Assembly: GCA_041395025.1 (NCBI GenBank)
Contig: JAWLBH010000001.1
Location: forward strand, 120,001 to 152,000
Direction: 5' to 3'
From: Chlamydiales bacterium
GTDB taxonomy: Bacteria > Chlamydiota > Chlamydiia > Chlamydiales > JAAKFR01
DNA length: 32,000 nucleotides
In this document: piece by piece, positions 27,401 to 32,000 of the stretch
How positions within the stretch are numbered: the first letter of the stretch is position 1
How the letters are laid out: every line of letters starts with the position of its first letter
Notes under the pieces: generated by a model
The model's input: the letters and a program-made list of their open reading frames with translations, nothing else
The model's database searches: none
What the model was told of the DNA's origin: nothing
Translations under genes and position numbers: made by a program

Positions 27401-27850
27401 ATCGGAAAAACATGGGAAACTGTTTTAGGAATCCGAGTAATATACGAACAAATTCCTTGGAATTCTTACCTTGAGTCAATTCATAAAGGAGAATGTATGG
27501 TCGGTGCTTTGACCTGGTATTCACGCTATGAACATCCTTGCTATTTCTATGATCTCATTGTTTATCAGGAAGAGGCTAATCTTCATGCCACAACTTGGAA
27601 AAATCCAAAATATGCGTATTTAATTAAAAAAGCTAAACATGCTGACGAGTTGTCTGTTTGCATCGATTTGCTAAATGAAGCAGAAAAAATCCTGATGGAA
27701 GAAATGCCAATCATTCCTCTCTTTTATCAAAGGTTTCATTATGTCAAAAATTCACGACTAAAAGGGTGTATTCTTTCGAATACAAACCAAATCGATTTCC
27801 GATCTGCTTATCTAGAAAACACAACCAAGGAAACCAATGCAATTAAATAA
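24407..27850 (+). CDS. Fusion protein: ~636-aa module of unknown function plus OppA-type (family 5) solute-binding domain, no signal peptide
   Basis: Uninterrupted 1147-codon ORF. GTG start with AAGGAG about 8 nt upstream. Residues 1-636 are paralogous to ORF 12299..14164. Residues about 637-1147 are paralogous to the downstream OppA lipoprotein (for example TAYDFEYAWKKILEP, IRNPNYWDASSVKLDKI, ADWVGDP). Confidence 0.85.
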   Translation: MVQKQKSFSEKNDFQIHKQHMFSLIKKIFGDELTGQENPTKRLPLFKWKISPFTPGAFFFYLLFPSDWNRNAILFVEDILTNYLVPNKQLKLLSSRNLDFYPATSGTPLFFIEISIYIPNKKILQIIEKRLPEIVDKIKASTFSSGYTKSMLKMKNFLFDEDITYIHDLVTKLISHYPKHFSNDIFRDIQHFMSHFHQEFRKIRQLHHLCRIICTHYLFQKSLEKEMKLFPHNRHVYLRLMQTYLRYPFGLKKVLGLAICLNSLQNYEFFELRHIIRAIQRIIPNIRALQNTYYSHKNEENRLLTFYLEIEKSNRKNFNLEDIKKLKKELPSELKNSIEYLSPSLFIPRNEEELIRNIVNLSQELRFVRDIPQAIISFQEQNNHILTFNIILLRVLDKNSCDLHSLVHLLPENVLFISERTANVGYLRKKYIKEANIFSVKIDSQLFLRKNHSVDLLKARQYVVQAVEKMIGPFRDYNGGFLIKQNEQLEAITLAIGPAAKQNALLLENFFYSLSPSVLQTYIDPQKGKILFLLLLTTLQTPIPHQARYLKKTHIEHDSLAIVVKSTDPEINNTLAKAIDTLNIDPLQLAFAVIEVDCFYYQCYLYLNPTKKEADHFIKVIENAIFSLIKENLNQQILYFHLPRAAQSLDPRIGADWTSGIIIRMLYEGLMRITEIGYPEPAIAQSYTLSEDKKTYCFYLRKTIWSNGMPLTAYDFEYAWKKILEPNFEYFYSFLFFPIKNARAVKKGEMPMSEVGIQVLDSYTLVVELEYSFYAFLSLVASWIYSPLCREIDQQYPGWAYHNVENYVCNGPFKLNIWELNHELQVIRNPNYWDASSVKLDKIQFSIIKSEKAALDLFLHGKADWVGDPLIKIPINQIESLKKKNLLKTSNTNYALFLMHLNGEYIPFQIKNMRKAFAYCINREELIKNILQADYLPAYGFAHIPPKNQHLSIPENDPELAKFHFKKGLDELGITLEDFPPILITHSDIEEQEKVSRAIGKTWETVLGIRVIYEQIPWNSYLESIHKGECMVGALTWYSRYEHPCYFYDLIVYQEEANLHATTWKNPKYAYLIKKAKHADELSVCIDLLNEAEKILMEEMPIIPLFYQRFHYVKNSRLKGCILSNTNQIDFRSAYLENTTKETNAIK
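27050..27060 (+). repeat. A11 homopolymer inside the fusion ORF (codons KKKN)
   Basis: Counted directly: ttg aaa aaa aaa aac. Confidence 0.95.
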
Positions 27851-29417
27851 ATTTTTTTTTCTCTTATTAGTTATCAGTTCTCTAAATGCATGCAATAACC
27901 AAAAAAACACAGGAAATAAAAAAATGACTTGTCCTCAAGTGCTTCATATTAACCATCAAGGAAACTATACATCGGCTCATCCTCATACAGGAGTAGATTT
28001 TGGCTGTAGAAATTTGCAAAAAGCTCTTTTTGAAGGATTAACTCGTCACAATAGTGAAGGACTACCAGAATTAGCTGGGGCTGAAAATGTAGAAGTTTCT
28101 CCAGACAAAACCCAATATATCTTTACTCTTCGACCTATGTTATGGACAAATGGAAAAACAGTGACTGCTTTTGATTTTGAACGATCATGGAAAGAAGCTA
28201 TTTCTCCTCAATCCAATTGTCTACGACCCGATCTTTTTTACCCAATTAAAAATGCTAAAAGAGCCAAAATCAAAGAAGTTTCTATTGATGATGTAGGAAT
28301 TAAAGCAATTGATGACAGAACATTAGTAGTGGATCTTGAACATCCTACGCCTTATTTTCTTGATTTAACTGCGAATGCTGTCTTCTATCCTCTCTATGAC
28401 AAAAGTGAAGAACCAACTGTCTTTAATGGCCCATTCTTTCTTAAAAAATGGAATTTTAGCCAAAATATTATTCTGAAAAAAAACCCTAAATATTGGGATG
28501 CTGAAAATGTGAAATTAGAAGAGATTGATATTTCCCTTGTAAGTGATCCTAATACTGCCATTCTTATGTATGAAAAAGGAGAAATTGATTGGGTGGGTCA
28601 TCCTTTTACTTGGTTACCTCTAGATACTATAAAAAAAATGTCAGAATCTCAAGAATTTAACAGTCAACCAATTGCTGGTGTCTATTGGATTACTTTAAAT
28701 AATGACACTTTCCCTCTTAGTTCTGCTAAAATTCGCCGTGCTTTATCAGCGGCAATTGATCGAAATTTAATTGCTGAACATGTGGCATTGGGTGAGATAG
28801 TAACTAACACACCTATTCCTACTTACTTATCTTTAGTCAATCCAAATGAAACCTATCTAGGAGATTTTAACGTAGAATATGCAAAGCAGCTTTTTGAGGA
28901 AGGGCTTAATGAACTTAACCTAAGCCGTAAAGATTTTCCAACTCTTCTCTATAGATATAGTGAAGTGCCGGGACAAAAAAAACTTGTAGAAGCAATTCAA
29001 GAACAATGGGAAAAAGTTCTAGGGATTCAAGTTGAGCTCATTCCTTCCGAATGGAATGTATTTTTAGCTAGTTTAATTGATGGTGAATATGAAGTCGGTG
29101 GATATATCACCTTTAATATGGTGAATGATCCTATGTACATTCTTGAATTTTTTGAACATAAAGAATCTACATATAACATGCCTAATTGGGAAAACTCCCA
29201 CTATCAAAAACTTCTCGCTCTAGCAAGAGCAGAAACAAACCCAGAAATAAGAAATCAACATCTTAAAGAAGCTGAAAAAATGCTCATAGAAGAAAATGTT
29301 GTGATCCCCCTATATATGGTATATGCTAAGTACTTAAAGTCTTCAAAGATTCGCAATCTTACTGTGAACAATTTAGGACAAACAGATCTAAAATCGGCTT
29401 ATATCGAAACAAATTAA
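27837..29417 (+). CDS. oppA: Oligopeptide-binding lipoprotein, ABC transporter family 5 SBP (OppA-like)
   Basis: Signal peptide with lipobox-like LNAC (MQLNKFFFLLLVISSLNAC). SBP_bac_5-type blocks follow (TAFDFERSWKEAISP, KKNPKYWDAENVKLEEI, IDWVGHP). The start overlaps the upstream ORF by 14 nt. Confidence 0.88.
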   Translation: MQLNKFFFLLLVISSLNACNNQKNTGNKKMTCPQVLHINHQGNYTSAHPHTGVDFGCRNLQKALFEGLTRHNSEGLPELAGAENVEVSPDKTQYIFTLRPMLWTNGKTVTAFDFERSWKEAISPQSNCLRPDLFYPIKNAKRAKIKEVSIDDVGIKAIDDRTLVVDLEHPTPYFLDLTANAVFYPLYDKSEEPTVFNGPFFLKKWNFSQNIILKKNPKYWDAENVKLEEIDISLVSDPNTAILMYEKGEIDWVGHPFTWLPLDTIKKMSESQEFNSQPIAGVYWITLNNDTFPLSSAKIRRALSAAIDRNLIAEHVALGEIVTNTPIPTYLSLVNPNETYLGDFNVEYAKQLFEEGLNELNLSRKDFPTLLYRYSEVPGQKKLVEAIQEQWEKVLGIQVELIPSEWNVFLASLIDGEYEVGGYITFNMVNDPMYILEFFEHKESTYNMPNWENSHYQKLLALARAETNPEIRNQHLKEAEKMLIEENVVIPLYMVYAKYLKSSKIRNLTVNNLGQTDLKSAYIETN

Positions 29418-29437
29418 CCTTAGTCTAAGTTTAAATA

Positions 29438-29468
29438 TTAATTATGGAGGATTTTCCTCCATAATTAA
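29438..29468 (+). terminator. Perfect 14-bp stem / 3-nt loop hairpin downstream of oppA-like gene (terminator candidate without U-tract)
   Basis: TTAATTATGGAGGA-ttt-TCCTCCATAATTAA begins 21 nt after the stop at 29417. No T-run follows it. Confidence 0.5.
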
Positions 29469-29495
29469 ATCAACCTCATATGGATTTACTCGATT

Positions 29496-29789
29496 ATGAA
29501 AAAATTCATTTTCTTTTTTTTACTTGTTAATGTAATGCCTCTCCATGCACTACTATCACCTTTGCATCAAAGCATTGTAGAGTTAAAAAAAATCATCGAA
29601 AGCGATCAGTTGAGTGAGTATCTTCCTTCTTGTGAAAATATCTTGAAAATCGAACTCATAGAATCTGACTATCTTATTTCTACTCAAAATTACACGATGT
29701 TAGTTGAAGTGATTGAAGAACCACAAACATCTCTTGGGCCGAAAAATTTTAAAATGATTTATAACGAACCTATAAAAAATATCCCTTAA
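29496..29789 (+). CDS. Small hypothetical secreted protein
   Basis: 97 aa. Signal-peptide-like N-terminus MKKFIFFFLLVNVMPLHA. I recognise no family and see no obvious SD. Confidence 0.4.
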   Translation: MKKFIFFFLLVNVMPLHALLSPLHQSIVELKKIIESDQLSEYLPSCENILKIELIESDYLISTQNYTMLVEVIEEPQTSLGPKNFKMIYNEPIKNIP

Positions 29790-29808
29790 ATCTAAACCAC
29801 AGACAAGT

Positions 29809-30414
29809 TTATTTTTTAAGTAACTTATTTAAAATCATTTTTGTTTTATTCATATCGGTATGATGTATCCCTTTTAATCCAATCTCTTCTGCAGATTGGA
29901 TAAGCATAAGACGATCATCAATGTACACAATATCATCGGGAGAAACTTGCATGATATCAATCGCAAGTCGATAAATATCGGGATCTGGTTTACGAAAATG
30001 GACAAAAGAGGAGACAACAAAAAAATCAATAAAAGAAGATAGGTCAAACCGTTTAATCCTGTCTAAAGCCAGTTCGCGTCCTTCGTTGCTTATAACTCCA
30101 ATTTTCAAATTATATTCTTTTTTAATTTTACAAATATATTGAACCATATCATGAAAAGGTTCGACTGAGTTAAAAATGAATTTTTTTACTTCTTTTAATG
30201 TAAAGACACGCTTTTCAAAAAAGAAAATCTTTTTTAAATATTCCTCAAAAGTAAGTTTTCCAATTTCATAAGTCTCAAATAATAAATGATGTCTAGCTTG
30301 CATTTCACTATAATCTACTCCAAAATGATTTGCTGTCTTTTGTTGTAAAACATGATCCCAACCATTAGTCATTAATACTCCTCCAATATCTAGAAATAAC
30401 CCTTTAATGATCAT
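29809..30414 (-). CDS. HAD-superfamily hydrolase (subfamily IA-like phosphatase)
   Basis: Motif I LFLDIGGVLMTNG, motif II GVISNEG, a Lys in HFRKPDPDIY, and motif IV VYIDDR. Confidence 0.8.
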   Translation of the reverse strand: MIIKGLFLDIGGVLMTNGWDHVLQQKTANHFGVDYSEMQARHHLLFETYEIGKLTFEEYLKKIFFFEKRVFTLKEVKKFIFNSVEPFHDMVQYICKIKKEYNLKIGVISNEGRELALDRIKRFDLSSFIDFFVVSSFVHFRKPDPDIYRLAIDIMQVSPDDIVYIDDRLMLIQSAEEIGLKGIHHTDMNKTKMILNKLLKK

Positions 30415-30514
30415 TGCAAATCCTCAATAGTTAAATTGTATAAAAATAAGTATAATATATTAATGTTATTAACATATAATAAAATTATATTATTTTTTAA
30501 AGAACAGGTGTGCT

Positions 30515-31606
30515 ATGAAAGAAACAGGAATTATCTTAGTTACAGGATCTTGTGGGCGTATTGGAGCTGCTATTGTCAAAAAACTAGGAAAACACCATCG
30601 AACCGTTGGATTTGAACTGCTTAAAGCATTTTATGCTTCTGCAAACGAAGAACTTATTCCTTGTGATCTCTCATCAGATGAAAGTGTTCATCAAGCCTTA
30701 AGACATATACAAGATTTTTACGGCAACCATATTATAGCTGTGATTCATCTTGCAGCCTATTATAGTTTTAAAGATCGAAGTATGGAAAAATATGAAAATA
30801 TCACTATTGAAGGGACTCGTCGTTTACTAAAAGGTCTTCAAAATTTTCATGTTGAGCAATTCATTTTTTCAAGCACAATGCTTGTGCACGAGCCATGCCA
30901 GCCAGGCCAAAAAATTACTGAGAATTGGCCTATCAACCCCAAGTGGGCTTATCCCTTATCTAAAGTCAAAACAGAGAAGGTGATCCATGAAGAACGTGGA
31001 GATATTCCAGTAGTTATATTACGTATTTCTGGGGTATATGACGACGACTGCCATTCGATCCCAATCAGTCAGCAAATTCAGCGCATCTATGAACATCAGA
31101 TGAACGCCCATCTATTTTCTGGAGATTTAACACACGGAGCGGATTTTATGCATATGAACGATTTAGTAGAAGTCCTTTTTCAATGCGTGCATAAAAGAAA
31201 AGAGCTACCTGATGAACTTATTCTAATAATAGGAGAAGGAAAAACATACAGCTACGACTATCTTCAACGAAAAATTAGTCTTCTATTACATGGAAAAGAG
31301 TTTAATACACACACTCTTCCTAAGCCAGTTGCTAAATTTGGTGCATGGGTGGAAAATCATCTCCCATTTATGGATAATCAATTCATTCAGCCTTGGATGA
31401 TTAGCATAGCTGATGATCATTATGAACTCAATATTTCTAAAGCAAAAACCCTACTGGGATGGGAGCCAAAACACAGCCTTGATAAAACATTGCCTAAAAT
31501 GATTGAAAAACTGAAAAATGATCCTATCAATTGGTATAAAAATAATGGTCTAAAAATGGCTAGCCATATCAAAAAGAAAATGAATAGGAAACAAAAAATT
31601 TCTTAG
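30515..31606 (+). CDS. NAD(P)-dependent epimerase/dehydratase-family (extended SDR) protein
   Basis: Rossmann motif ILVTGSCGRIGAAIV, FSSTMLV, and the catalytic YPLSK (YxxxK). Confidence 0.8.
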   Translation: MKETGIILVTGSCGRIGAAIVKKLGKHHRTVGFELLKAFYASANEELIPCDLSSDESVHQALRHIQDFYGNHIIAVIHLAAYYSFKDRSMEKYENITIEGTRRLLKGLQNFHVEQFIFSSTMLVHEPCQPGQKITENWPINPKWAYPLSKVKTEKVIHEERGDIPVVILRISGVYDDDCHSIPISQQIQRIYEHQMNAHLFSGDLTHGADFMHMNDLVEVLFQCVHKRKELPDELILIIGEGKTYSYDYLQRKISLLLHGKEFNTHTLPKPVAKFGAWVENHLPFMDNQFIQPWMISIADDHYELNISKAKTLLGWEPKHSLDKTLPKMIEKLKNDPINWYKNNGLKMASHIKKKMNRKQKIS

Positions 31607-31703
31607 TCAAAAATAGATTTTCTATAATAAGATTTCATTGAAGTTTTTTTAATAAAAACAGTGAAAAATATTATTTATTATTCATAGATCTTAATATCTT
31701 AAT

Positions 31704-32000
31704 ATGAGAGCGATGGTTTTAAAAGAGGTTGGACAACCTCTTTATCTAACAAAAATCCCAATACCTAAGCCCGATCAGGACCAGGTTTTAATTCGAGTAC
31801 TAGCATGTGGCATATGCCGTACTGACCTGCATGTGATAGATGGTGAACTTCCATTTCCAAAACTTCCGCTCATTCCTGGACACCAAGTGATCGGTAAGAT
31901 TGAAAAGATAGGGAAACAAGTCAAAAATATGAGAATTGGTCAGAGAGTAGGTTTACCTTGGCTTGGTGGGAGTTGTGGCCAGTGTGACTACTGCTCTTCT
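31704..32000 (+). CDS. Zinc-dependent alcohol dehydrogenase family protein, N-terminal part (3' end outside window)
   Basis: Not in the ORF track because no stop lies in the window. My translation from the ATG at 31704 gives MRAMVLKEVGQPLYLTKIPIPKPDQDQVLIRVLACGICRTDLHVIDGELPFPKLPLIPGHQVIGKIEKIG...GGSCGQCDYCSS. This carries the catalytic Zn (C..H) and structural Zn (CxxCxxC) motifs. Confidence 0.85.
   Translation, partial: MRAMVLKEVGQPLYLTKIPIPKPDQDQVLIRVLACGICRTDLHVIDGELPFPKLPLIPGHQVIGKIEKIGKQVKNMRIGQRVGLPWLGGSCGQCDYCSS

Overview
AT-rich (roughly one-third G+C by eye), gene-dense bacterial chromosome segment. I support 30 protein-coding genes. I found no rRNA, tRNA, CRISPR array or recognisable mobile element. 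Gene content and order point to a member of the Chlamydiota, probably an environmental, amoeba-associated type lineage: a holB-tmk-gyrA-gyrB-DUF721 block, a DUF1186-like protein, a DASS/YbhI-type transporter, OppF/OppA genes, a DsbA/DsbB pair, a small protein with a bilobed hydrophobic domain, and YhhQ next to Tgt. This taxon call rests on remembered synteny, not a search. Most of the window is housekeeping: gyrase, Tmk, delta-prime, transketolase, adenylate kinase, Tgt, SOD and PPIase. The most unusual content is a family of about 620-635 aa modules of unknown function present twice. One copy (12299..14164, minus strand) is free-standing and translationally coupled to an aspartokinase-like kinase that lacks ACT regulatory domains. 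The other copy forms the N-terminal 636 residues of a 1147-aa ORF (24407..27850). There it replaces the signal peptide of an OppA-type (family 5) solute-binding domain, and a normal lipoprotein OppA paralog follows directly. Other points worth a second look:
- an overlapping yhhQ-tgt pair with non-canonical Tgt pocket residues, suggesting queuine salvage
- an Inc-like bilobed membrane protein flanked by extremely AT-rich spacers
- a VKOR-like CxxC membrane protein that lacks the loop cysteines and co-occurs with DsbB
- a minimal GGQ release-factor-domain protein
- A10-A11 homopolymers inside coding regions
- two head-to-head gene pairs with overlapping or near-abutting starts
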